DNA from: an uncultured Alphaproteobacteria bacterium
Lineage (GTDB): Bacteria > Pseudomonadota > Alphaproteobacteria > HIMB59 > GCA-002718135
Direction of reading: 5' to 3'
Length of the DNA: 64,000 nucleotides
Assembly: GCA_902600225.1 (NCBI GenBank)
Contig: CACKIH010000002.1
Location: forward strand, 13,743 to 77,742
Shown: piece after piece, positions 1-8,867 of the stretch
How positions within the stretch are numbered: position 1 is the first letter of the stretch
How the letters are laid out: every line of letters begins with the position of its first letter
The notes under the pieces: generated by a model
The model's input: only the letters and a program-made list of their open reading frames with translations
Told to the model about the DNA's origin: nothing
Database searches by the model: none
Program-made: the position numbers and the translations under genes

Positions 1-514
1 CAACAATCTTACTGACTGATGATAGATTGTGATTAAAGAAATCTGAGCCAGTTTCTTCAGCTAATACTTTTAATTGTTCTTGTGCTGCTGGTCGATAAAT
101 GTCTGCCGATGCTAGTAAAATTTTTTTCTTTGAAGACTTCTTTAGCAAATAGGAAAGTTTGGCAATTGATGTTGTTTTCCCAGATCCCTGTAATCCACAA
201 AACAATATTTTAGTTAATTGAGACGAAGATAAATTTAGAGATTTATTTTCTGATCCAAGAATTTTTACAAGCTCATCTTGCACAAGCTTTATGATCATTT
301 GATCAGGCTTAACAGATTTGAGAATTTCTTTTCCTAAAATGTTTGACTTGATGGAATTTATAAATTCTTTTACTACAACTAATGAAACGTCTGCCTCTAA
401 CAGAGCAATTCTAATTTCACGTAATGTAACTTCAAGATCTGTTTCTGATATAACAGCTTTACCCCGAATACTTTGAACAATTTTTTCAAATTTTGTGTTC
501 AGTGTATCAAACAT
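1..514 (-). CDS. ffh: Signal recognition particle protein Ffh (SRP54), N-terminal part; gene continues past window start
   Basis: Hand translation of the minus strand from the ATG at 514-512 gives MFDTLNTKFEKIVQSIRGKAVISETDLEVTLREIRIALLEADVSLVVVKEF...GLQGSGKTTSIAKL...ASADIYRPAAQEQL. This shows the Ffh N-domain plus the G1 P-loop. It is absent from the ORF track because the window edge truncates it. Confidence 0.85.
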   Translation of the reverse strand, partial: MFDTLNTKFEKIVQSIRGKAVISETDLEVTLREIRIALLEADVSLVVVKEFINSIKSNILGKEILKSVKPDQMIIKLVQDELVKILGSENKSLNLSSSQLTKILFCGLQGSGKTTSIAKLSYLLKKSSKKKILLASADIYRPAAQEQLKVLAEETGSDFFNHNLSSVSKIV

Positions 515-711
515 AAATCTCCAATAGCCTTTTAACTCCAGGGCACGAAACTCGTGGGCTAGAGTACCTATCACAATTGTAACAAGCTCAATTCGTTTAC
601 AAATATAGGATTTGTTGGTGACCCTCTATTAGCTGAATAATTGAAAGTCAAGTATTCTTAAATTTCCCATATTTACTGAGATTTATCGATAAATTAGGTT
701 ATAAAACAAAT

Positions 712-1530
712 ATGCAAAAAGTAGACTTTATAAAGATGCATGGACTTGGTAATGATTTTGTTATCATAGATAAAAGGTCTAACAATATCACAATTACTGA
801 AGATATTATTAAAAGACTCAGTGACAGAAGAACTGGGGCAGGGTGTGATCAATTAATCACAATTAATAATACAAATAATCAAAGTGCTGATGCTGAAATT
901 GAAATTTTTAATCCTGGTGGTGATAGAGCCGAAGCTTGTGGTAATGGAACACGCTGCGTGGCAAAAATACTATTTGAAGAAGATTCAAATAAAGAAATTT
1001 TAAAAATTCAATCTGATGCAGGCATATTAGAATCAAAAAGAATAGATAATAATATAAGTGTCAACATGGGTTCAATAAAAAATACTTGGGATAAAATTCC
1101 TTTAAGTAAAGAAGTCGATACAATGAATATTCCAATTTCGATTGATGGATATAGTAATGGAGTTGCTGTTAATGTAGGTAATCCACATATAGTTTTTTTT
1201 GGGAAATCGATCAAAGATACAGATCTTGAAAGTATAGGTCCTAGAATAGAAAATCATGAGCTCTTTCCAAAAAAAACTAATGTTGAAATAGTTAAAGTTA
1301 TTAATACAAATTTAATTGAAATGAGGGTTTGGGAACGAGGAGTTGGAATCACATTAGCTTGTGGTAGTGGTGCCTGTGCGGCTGTATATGCTGCGTGGAA
1401 AAAAGGATTGATTGAAAATAACGCTGAAGTGAAACTTGAAAAAGGTTCACTGCACATAAATATAATTAATAATGAATCTATTATGACAGGACCTGCAGAA
1501 ATAAGTTATCGGGGTAGTTTAGAAATATAA
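712..1530 (+). CDS. dapF: Diaminopimelate epimerase
   Basis: Contains MHGLGNDFVIID, the NPGGDRAEACGNGTRC and ACGSGACA catalytic Cys motifs, and GNPH. Length is 272 aa. Confidence 0.95.
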   Translation: MQKVDFIKMHGLGNDFVIIDKRSNNITITEDIIKRLSDRRTGAGCDQLITINNTNNQSADAEIEIFNPGGDRAEACGNGTRCVAKILFEEDSNKEILKIQSDAGILESKRIDNNISVNMGSIKNTWDKIPLSKEVDTMNIPISIDGYSNGVAVNVGNPHIVFFGKSIKDTDLESIGPRIENHELFPKKTNVEIVKVINTNLIEMRVWERGVGITLACGSGACAAVYAAWKKGLIENNAEVKLEKGSLHINIINNESIMTGPAEISYRGSLEI

Positions 1531-1533
1531 TTT

Positions 1534-2793
1534 ATGAAAAATAAAAACTACGTAGTCAATCTAGGTTGTAGACTGAATATTTATGAAGGTGAAATTATTA
1601 AAAACCATCTTAGAAAAAATAATTTAAATAATGTTACAGTCATAAACTCATGTGCAGTAACTGAAGAAGCTGAGAAGAAAGTTTCTTATGAAATTAGAAA
1701 GGCAAAAAAAAATTTTCCTAATAATAAAATAGTAGTTACAGGATGTGCGGCTCAAATCAATCCATTAAAATATAAAGATTTAAAAGAAGTAGACTCAGTA
1801 ATTGGAAACACAGAAAAATTAGAAACTTTAACATGGAAAAATATCGATCATTCTAAAAATCTTAAAGTAGGAAATATATTAGAAGAAAGTAAAACAGTAC
1901 CTAATTCAATTGAAAAATTTGAAGGAAAATCGAGAGCTTATATTGAAATACAACAAGGTTGTAACCACCGCTGTACTTTTTGTATTATTCCATTTGGGAG
2001 GGGCAATAATAGAAGTGTACCTGCTGGAGAGATAGTAAATAAAATAAAAAAAATTGTTAGCAATGGATATAATGAAGTAGTCTTAACAGGAGTAGATATA
2101 ACTGATTATGGAAAAGATCTTCCAGCAAAACCTACTTTTTCTAATTTAATTAAAAGAATTCTAAAATTAGTACCTGAATTAAAACAACTGCGTTTGTCCT
2201 CAATTGACTGCGCTGAAATAGACGAAGATTTTTGGGATGTTTTAAAGGACGAAAGATTGATGCCTCATTTTCATATAAGTTTACAAGCTGGAAACAATTT
2301 AATTTTGAAAAGAATGAAAAGAAGACATTCAAGGGAAATGGCAATTAATTTTTGTAAGAAAGTTTTATCTATTAGGAAAGATGCAACATTTGGTGCTGAT
2401 ATAATTGCCGGTTTTCCAACAGAAACAGAAACGATGTTTCAAGATTCAATTAAACTAGTTGATGAGTGCAATTTAACCCATCTTCATATTTTTCCTTATT
2501 CACCAAGAGAAAACACTCCTGCATCTAGAATGCCTCAAGTTCAAAAAAATATTATCAAAGATAGAGCTAGAAGACTTAGAGAAAAAGGTATGGAAAAATT
2601 AAAACAACATTTAAAAAAAAATATTGGAAAGAAGGAACAAATTTTAATTGAAAGTAGAAAAGAAAATTTTTCACTTGGAAAAGATCAGCATTTTTTAAAA
2701 GTAAAACTTGAAGAAGAGTTTAAAGAGGGAAATATAGTTTCCTGTATATATACAGGCATAGAAAATGATACGTTGTTAGCAAGAATAACATGA
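1534..2793 (+). CDS. mtaB: Radical SAM methylthiotransferase, MiaB/MtaB family (tRNA ms2t6A-type)
   Basis: Has an N-terminal LGCRLNIYEGE (UPF0004) domain, the radical SAM cluster motif CNHRCTFCIIP, and a C-terminal TRAM-like region. Confidence 0.8.
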   Translation: MKNKNYVVNLGCRLNIYEGEIIKNHLRKNNLNNVTVINSCAVTEEAEKKVSYEIRKAKKNFPNNKIVVTGCAAQINPLKYKDLKEVDSVIGNTEKLETLTWKNIDHSKNLKVGNILEESKTVPNSIEKFEGKSRAYIEIQQGCNHRCTFCIIPFGRGNNRSVPAGEIVNKIKKIVSNGYNEVVLTGVDITDYGKDLPAKPTFSNLIKRILKLVPELKQLRLSSIDCAEIDEDFWDVLKDERLMPHFHISLQAGNNLILKRMKRRHSREMAINFCKKVLSIRKDATFGADIIAGFPTETETMFQDSIKLVDECNLTHLHIFPYSPRENTPASRMPQVQKNIIKDRARRLREKGMEKLKQHLKKNIGKKEQILIESRKENFSLGKDQHFLKVKLEEEFKEGNIVSCIYTGIENDTLLARIT

Positions 2794-3710
2794 GTTTGTT
2801 CTCAATATTTAAAGATAAGTTAAGTAAAACTTCAAATATACTTTCTTTTAATATTTTAGAGATTTTAAAAAATAAAAAAATAGATCATTTAACTTTAGAA
2901 GAATTAGAAAATGTTCTTATTTCATCTGATATTAGTTTGGATGTTGTAAATCAGCTAATAGATTCTATAAAAAAAATAAAAATTTCAAATGATGATGGAA
3001 TAAAAAATGTACTAGAAATCTTAGCTCAAAATATAGAAAGTATATTAATTCCAAGAGAACATGTTCTGATAAATGAAAAAAATGATGAAAAAAAAATATT
3101 AATATTCGTCGGAGTAAACGGAAGTGGAAAGACAACCACTATTGGTAAAATTGCAAATAAAATTTTATCAAATAAAAAAATTCTGATTGCAGCTTGTGAT
3201 ACATTTAGGGCAGCAGCTGTTGAGCAGTTGGAAAATTGGGCGAAAAAAAATAATAATGGTTTTATCGCTGGAAAAAATAATCAAGATCCAGCAAGCGTAG
3301 CGTATCAGGCAACTGAAGAATTTGGAAAAGAAAATTATGATTTTTTACTTATAGATACTGCTGGAAGACTATCAAATAATACTAACCTCATTAATCAACT
3401 AATTAAATTGAAGAATGTTATCTCAAAAGTTAATTCCTCTTTTAATATTGAAACTGTGTTAGTTTTAGATGGCACGAATGGTTCGAACATGATTAAGCAA
3501 GTGGAAATCTTTGGAAATGAACTTAATGTATCAAGTCTTATAATAACTAAATTGGATGGAACAGCAAAAGGTGGAGCATTAATTTCAATTGCAAATAAAT
3601 TTGAAATCCCTATAAGTTATGTTGGACTTGGAGAAAGTATTGAGGACCTAGTAACCTTTAATTCTCAAAACTTTGCTAGATCTATTTTAAACCTAGAAGA
3701 ACAAAAATGA
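2790..3710 (+). CDS. ftsY: Signal recognition particle receptor FtsY
   Basis: Contains GVNGSGKTTTIGKIA, DTAGRL and TKLDGTAKGG SRP-GTPase motifs. It overlaps the upstream gene by 4 nt. Confidence 0.95.
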   Translation: MSLFSIFKDKLSKTSNILSFNILEILKNKKIDHLTLEELENVLISSDISLDVVNQLIDSIKKIKISNDDGIKNVLEILAQNIESILIPREHVLINEKNDEKKILIFVGVNGSGKTTTIGKIANKILSNKKILIAACDTFRAAAVEQLENWAKKNNNGFIAGKNNQDPASVAYQATEEFGKENYDFLLIDTAGRLSNNTNLINQLIKLKNVISKVNSSFNIETVLVLDGTNGSNMIKQVEIFGNELNVSSLIITKLDGTAKGGALISIANKFEIPISYVGLGESIEDLVTFNSQNFARSILNLEEQK

Positions 3711-4246
3711 AGTCAGTTTACAAATTATTAATTGATATAGGACCGCTTGCAGTATTCTTTATTTTTTATACAAGAAGTGGTCTTCAAGAAGCAATACTTC
3801 CACTTATGATTGCAACCGTAATTTCAGTAATCATTTCATATATACTTGAGAAAAAAATACCAATTATGCCAACTCTTGGGGCTGCGATTGTATTAATATT
3901 TGGAGGTCTAACTATTTATTTTGACAATGAAATTTTTATTAAAATGAAACCAACAATAATAAATATGGTCTTCGCATTAATTTTATATGGAGGAGTGATT
4001 GTTAAAAAACCTCTTTTAAAGTATCTTTTAGGTGCTGCACTTAAACTAGAAGAAGATGGATGGAGAATATTAACTCAAAGGTGGATTGCTTTTTTTGTTG
4101 CACTTGCTGTTTTAAATGAAATTGTTTGGAGAACACAAAGTACTGATGTTTGGGTTAATTTTAAAGTTTTTGGTATATTGCCAATTACGTTTATTTTTAC
4201 GATGACACAATTCCCTTTAATTAAAAAATATCAAATTGAAGATTAA
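3707..4246 (+). CDS. yciB: Intracellular septation protein A / YciB family inner membrane protein
   Basis: A 179-aa protein with 5 TM segments. The N-terminus LLIDIGPLAVFFIFY is typical of IspZ/YciB, and the ftsY-yciB position is common in alphaproteobacteria. Confidence 0.75.
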   Translation: MKSVYKLLIDIGPLAVFFIFYTRSGLQEAILPLMIATVISVIISYILEKKIPIMPTLGAAIVLIFGGLTIYFDNEIFIKMKPTIINMVFALILYGGVIVKKPLLKYLLGAALKLEEDGWRILTQRWIAFFVALAVLNEIVWRTQSTDVWVNFKVFGILPITFIFTMTQFPLIKKYQIED

Positions 4247-4247
4247 A

Positions 4248-5444
4248 TTAAAAATTATTTTCTCTTAATGCTATAAATCCTGGTGATTTATTTCCCTCAA
4301 GCCACTCTAGAAAAGCACCCCCAGCTGTAGATAAATATTTAAATGCATCATTGGCTTTAGCTTTTTTTATTGCTGCAAGTGTATCTCCTCCTCCTGCTAA
4401 AGCATCTAATTGAGAATTACTTGAATAATTTTGTATAATATTTGCAACTGAAATTGTACTTTTATCAAATGGACTATATTCGAATGCACCTAAAGGCCCA
4501 TTCCACAATAGTGATTTAGATTTTAATATTTCATCTGAAATTAATTTTGTAGTTTGCTCACCAACATCTAATATCATTTGGTCATTTGGAATATTATTGA
4601 TTGAATAAGTCTCAACATTTACTCTTTCTTCTATTTTTTTTGAGCAAACAGCATCAATTGGTAAAAGTATTTTGCAATTTTTTGATTCTGCTTTTTTTTG
4701 TATCTTTTTTGATAGTTCAATAAAATCATTTTCTACTAGAGAAGAACCGACGTTATAATTATTTGATAATAAAAAAGTATTAGCCATTGCACCTCCAATT
4801 ACTAGAGAATCAAAAATTTCAACTAAATTTTCTAAAACTTTTATTTTTGTTGAAACCTTTGAACCACCTATAATAGCTAGATTTGGTTTGTCTGAATTTT
4901 CTAAAAATTTATCTAAATTTTCAATTTCTTTTGAGAAACTTAATCCAGCGTATGAAGGTAAGTATTTTGTAATACCTACTATAGATGCATGATTACGATG
5001 AGATGCAGAAAACGCGTCATTAATATATATGTCAAAACTAGAAGCTAATAATTTTGAAAAATTAAGATCATTTTTTTCTTCTTCAGCATTAAAACGAATA
5101 TTTTCTAATAGACAAATTTCCCCCATGTCCATTTCAGCAATTTTTGTCTCAATTATTTTTTTTTCACAGTTAGCTAAAAAATGAATTGTGTTTAAATTTA
5201 AAAATTTATTTAATTCGGAACATAAAAACTCTATGGAATATGTTTTATTAACTTGACCTTTAGGTCGGCCAAAATGGGCAATTAAGAATACCTTATTTTT
5301 ATTTTTAATTAGTTTTTCTAATGTTGGTAAAATAGCATGAATTCTTGAATGATCTGTAATTGTCCCTTCCAAAACTGGTACGTTTAAATCAACTCGAACA
5401 ATTATTTTTTTATTTTTACAGTCTAGATCTCTTAATTCTTTCAT
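4248..5444 (-). CDS. pgk: Phosphoglycerate kinase
   Basis: Contains RVDLNVP, HFGRPKG and STAGGAFLEWLEG. Length is 398 aa. Confidence 0.97.
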   Translation of the reverse strand: MKELRDLDCKNKKIIVRVDLNVPVLEGTITDHSRIHAILPTLEKLIKNKNKVFLIAHFGRPKGQVNKTYSIEFLCSELNKFLNLNTIHFLANCEKKIIETKIAEMDMGEICLLENIRFNAEEEKNDLNFSKLLASSFDIYINDAFSASHRNHASIVGITKYLPSYAGLSFSKEIENLDKFLENSDKPNLAIIGGSKVSTKIKVLENLVEIFDSLVIGGAMANTFLLSNNYNVGSSLVENDFIELSKKIQKKAESKNCKILLPIDAVCSKKIEERVNVETYSINNIPNDQMILDVGEQTTKLISDEILKSKSLLWNGPLGAFEYSPFDKSTISVANIIQNYSSNSQLDALAGGGDTLAAIKKAKANDAFKYLSTAGGAFLEWLEGNKSPGFIALRENNF

Positions 5445-5582
5445 TTCTATTCACATGTATATAAAAAAAATACTGGAAATCATTGATTTTTTTTAAAAAT
5501 TTGCAGTTTTATCTTTTTTAATACATACATTTAGTATATTAAACCTTATTTAAACTACTAAATGTAGTAATGGAGATAGATA

Positions 5583-6053
5583 ATGCCTTGGGATGATAAT
5601 AATGTAGCAAAACTTAGAGATTTGTGGGACCAAGGCCTACCAACTGCACAAATTGGAAAATTATTAGGTTTCACTAAAAACGCAGTAGTGGGAAAAGCCC
5701 ATAGAATTGGACTAGAGAGACGTCCATCTCCTATAAGAAGAACGGCTGTTAAGCCTGATCGAAAAAAAGCCAGATCTCCAGTAATGCCAAAATTAAATTT
5801 TGAGAGCAATAAAGAACCAGAGAGTGTCTCTAATGAGCCCGCTGTTTTCCAACCGGTGGTTAAAAATTTATTCAATACAGCTCCAAAGAGAGGTTGTGAA
5901 TGGCCTGAAGGTCATCCTGATGAAACTGACTTTCGTTTTTGTGGTAAAGATAGATTTGAAGATAAGCCTTATTGTTTAGATCATTGTGCTGTTGCATATG
6001 TTGTTCCTGAAAAAGAAGAAAACGAAAAGACAGAATTAAATAATACGATTTAA
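5583..6053 (+). CDS. gcrA: Cell cycle regulator GcrA
   Basis: N-terminal MPWDDNNVAKLRDLWDQGLPTAQIGKLLGFTKNAVVGKAHRIGL and C-terminal CEWPEGHP...FCG...PYCLDHCAVAY match the GcrA family. Confidence 0.85.
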   Translation: MPWDDNNVAKLRDLWDQGLPTAQIGKLLGFTKNAVVGKAHRIGLERRPSPIRRTAVKPDRKKARSPVMPKLNFESNKEPESVSNEPAVFQPVVKNLFNTAPKRGCEWPEGHPDETDFRFCGKDRFEDKPYCLDHCAVAYVVPEKEENEKTELNNTI

Positions 6054-6103
6054 AAATAATAAAAATTCTAGAAATAAAAATTCTACCTGTTATCTATTAA
6101 AAT

Positions 6104-7357
6104 ATGAAAGAAGAGAGAGTTAATTCTGTATTTACTCCTATTCTGATTGGTGGAAGCTTAATTCTTCTAATAAGTTTTGCAATTCGTTCAACATTTGGCC
6201 TATTTCAAATTCCTATTGCTTCTGATTTTTTATGGAACCGATCAGAGTTCTCTCTTGCCATTGCTATTCAAAATTTAGCTTGGGGTATAGGCACTCCTTT
6301 ATTTAGTGCTTTTGCTGAAAAGTATGGTGATAGAAAAGCAATTGCACTAGGCTTAATTCTTTATGCAATTGGAATTTTTATAAGTAGCACTGCCACAACT
6401 CCAGAGGCGCATCAGACTTTAAATTTATTAATTGGATTTGGAATAGCTGGTAGTGGTTTTGGTCCAATTTTGGCAGTAGTTGGAAGAGCTACATCTCCAG
6501 AAAAAAGATCATTGGCACTAGGTATTACAACTGCAGCAGGATCAGCTGGACAAGTGGTTGGTCCACCACTTGCTTCTATACTATTATCATTTTTGCCTTG
6601 GTCTTCAGTATTTGAAATCTTTTCAATTATATTATTAATAACACTGATCCTTGTTCCAATTTTAAAAACAGAATTTTCAAGTTCAAATATTAATAACGAA
6701 AATGAAAAAATTACTGATGCCGTATTCATTGCATTAAAAGACCCAACATATTCAATGTTGTTCTTTGGTTTTTTTTCTTGCGGCTTTCAGTTAGCATTTA
6801 TCACTGCACATTTTCCTGCATTTATTGTTGAATCTAGTAGTCCAATTATAGAAGGAAGTTTAATAAGTTTGGTTTGTAGTTCTGTAGAAGGTTTAGGAGC
6901 ATTATCTATGGCTCTTATAGGATTATTTAATATAATTGGTTGTTTGATTGCAGGCGCTTTAGGAAAGGGACATTATAAGAAATATCTTTTATCTTTAATT
7001 TATACCGGAAGGACTATTGCGGCAATTTTATTTATCTTACTACCTATTACACCAACATCTATTGCAATATTTTCAATAGTTATGGGTGCTTTATGGTTAG
7101 CAACAGTTCCTTTAACTTCAGGAATTATAGGTCATATTTATGGATTAAAATTTATGGGTACATTATATGGCATTGTATTTTTTTCTCATCAGCTAGGATC
7201 TTTTGTAGGTGTTTGGTTAGGTGGTCTATTTTATGATATCTATGGAAGTTATGATATTATATGGTGGGTTGGTATAGGAGTAGGTGCTTTTTCTGCAATA
7301 ATCCATTTACCAATTAGAGAAAAACCATTATCTAATACAAATATACAAACTGCGTAA
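6104..7357 (+). CDS. MFS transporter, substrate unknown
   Basis: A 417-aa protein with about 12 predicted TM helices and two 6-helix halves separated by a polar loop (SSSNINNENEK). Confidence 0.8.
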   Translation: MKEERVNSVFTPILIGGSLILLISFAIRSTFGLFQIPIASDFLWNRSEFSLAIAIQNLAWGIGTPLFSAFAEKYGDRKAIALGLILYAIGIFISSTATTPEAHQTLNLLIGFGIAGSGFGPILAVVGRATSPEKRSLALGITTAAGSAGQVVGPPLASILLSFLPWSSVFEIFSIILLITLILVPILKTEFSSSNINNENEKITDAVFIALKDPTYSMLFFGFFSCGFQLAFITAHFPAFIVESSSPIIEGSLISLVCSSVEGLGALSMALIGLFNIIGCLIAGALGKGHYKKYLLSLIYTGRTIAAILFILLPITPTSIAIFSIVMGALWLATVPLTSGIIGHIYGLKFMGTLYGIVFFSHQLGSFVGVWLGGLFYDIYGSYDIIWWVGIGVGAFSAIIHLPIREKPLSNTNIQTA

Positions 7358-7361
7358 TTTT

Positions 7362-7484
7362 ATGGATGAAAAAAAGATTATACGAAACTTAATTATAGTA
7401 ATTTTTTTCTTAGTTATTATTTATTCATTAGCAAGAGTTGGTGTAGGTCTAGATCTTAGCTTTGGACCTTATTTAAAACAATAG
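7362..7484 (+). CDS. Candidate small membrane protein (40 aa), not in ORF track
   Basis: Hand-translated as MDEKKIIRNLIIVIFFLVIIYSLARVGVGLDLSFGPYLKQ. It has one hydrophobic helix and fills almost the whole 132-bp gap between two converging genes. No homology is known to me. Confidence 0.3.
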   Translation: MDEKKIIRNLIIVIFFLVIIYSLARVGVGLDLSFGPYLKQ

Positions 7485-7489
7485 TAGAA

Positions 7490-8728
7490 TTAATTACACC
7501 ATTCTCCTTGTTTAAATATAGGCGTTACAACACCATCCTTATCAACACCGTCGACATCAATTTTGCCTGAGCCAATCATCCAATCAATGTGTATCATACT
7601 TGAATTACCACCTCTTTGAGTAATTTCATCTTTCGATAAGTCTTTTTTGGATTTGAAACATTTTGAGTAACACTGTCCTAAAGCAATATGAGAAGCAGCA
7701 TTTTCATCAAATAGAGTGTTATAGAAAGTTATTCCTAATTGTGAAATCGGTGAACTATTTGGAACTAAGGCTACTTCACCAAGTCTTCTTGAGCCTTCAT
7801 CTGAATCAAGAACTTTTAATAAAACATCTTGTCCTGTAGAAGATTTTGCATCAACAATTTTACCTTCTTCAAAGCGAACATTAATATCTTCAATTAGTGT
7901 TCCTTGATAAGATAGAGGTTTTGTTGAGCAGACTTGACCACTTACACGACTAGCGTGAGGAGTTGTGAATACTTCTTCAGATGGAATATTTGGATTACAA
8001 ATAATACCATTTTGGGCTTCTGAAGCGCCGCCCATCCATTCATGGTCATCAGCAAGACCTACAGTTAAAGAAGTTCCAGGACCAGAATATTTTAAAGAAT
8101 GAAAATTTTTAGCATTTAACCAATCTGTTTTATCTCTTAAATTTTTATTATGTTGGTCCCATTCAGCTACAGGATCATCATTGCTAACTCTTGATGCATG
8201 AAATATTGCATCTCCTAATTTTTTAATTGCTTCACTTTCATCAAGATCTGGGAAGACTCTTTTTGCCCATGCTTTTCCTGGCCACGAAATTATATTCCAG
8301 TTAATTTTAAATTCAGTAATTCTTTCTCTAGCTGGTTTGTATGCAATAGCATTAGCTTTGTTTGCACGTGAAACTTTATTAGGATCAATTTCAGATAGTA
8401 GCATGGGATCATCACCGGCAATAGCCATTCTAGCTGTATTGTTATCAAAAGCTTCGCCCATCCCATTATAAAGCCAATTTGCTGCAACATTGAAAGATTC
8501 ATCATTGCCAAACTTAAATCGAGATAATGTAATATCAGAATCATTAAAAAGTGGGGTCACAAGTCCAGCTCCTTCTTTGTAAGCGTATTCAGCTATTTTT
8601 CTAACTAAAGGTAGAGATTCTAACGGTGCTGTTATTAAAAGATTTTGACCTTTTTGAAGTGCAACTCCTCTTTTAATAGATAGATGAGCAAGTTTATCTA
8701 TCTTTTTTTTATCTACGTCATAAAACAT
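7490..8728 (-). CDS. Aminopeptidase, M29 (AmpS/PepS/aminopeptidase T) family
   Basis: A 412-aa protein with the motifs EEVFTTP, GEVALV, HIALG and IHIDWMIG, which are characteristic of family M29. Confidence 0.85.
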   Translation of the reverse strand: MFYDVDKKKIDKLAHLSIKRGVALQKGQNLLITAPLESLPLVRKIAEYAYKEGAGLVTPLFNDSDITLSRFKFGNDESFNVAANWLYNGMGEAFDNNTARMAIAGDDPMLLSEIDPNKVSRANKANAIAYKPARERITEFKINWNIISWPGKAWAKRVFPDLDESEAIKKLGDAIFHASRVSNDDPVAEWDQHNKNLRDKTDWLNAKNFHSLKYSGPGTSLTVGLADDHEWMGGASEAQNGIICNPNIPSEEVFTTPHASRVSGQVCSTKPLSYQGTLIEDINVRFEEGKIVDAKSSTGQDVLLKVLDSDEGSRRLGEVALVPNSSPISQLGITFYNTLFDENAASHIALGQCYSKCFKSKKDLSKDEITQRGGNSSMIHIDWMIGSGKIDVDGVDKDGVVTPIFKQGEWCN

Positions 8729-8867
8729 TAGTATTATAATTAGTTTTTAAATTCTAAAAAGTCTAGAAATTTTATCTTTAAAATTTATCTCTTAAATCTT
8801 TCCACAAACACTTGTTTTTTTTCAGATATAAAAATATCAAATCTAATCAAAAATAGTAAAATAAATT

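Noticed and set aside
515-711. Possibility that the ffh-proximal spacer encodes SRP (4.5S) RNA or a tRNA-like gene.
   Set aside because: I could find no helix-8 signature (GGAA tetraloop with the flanking AGCA/CAGG symmetric-loop motifs) and no cloverleaf.
5558-5875. A 105-aa minus-strand ORF overlapping gcrA.
   Set aside because: It is antisense to a confidently identified gene, has no recognisable motifs, and is typical of shadow ORFs.
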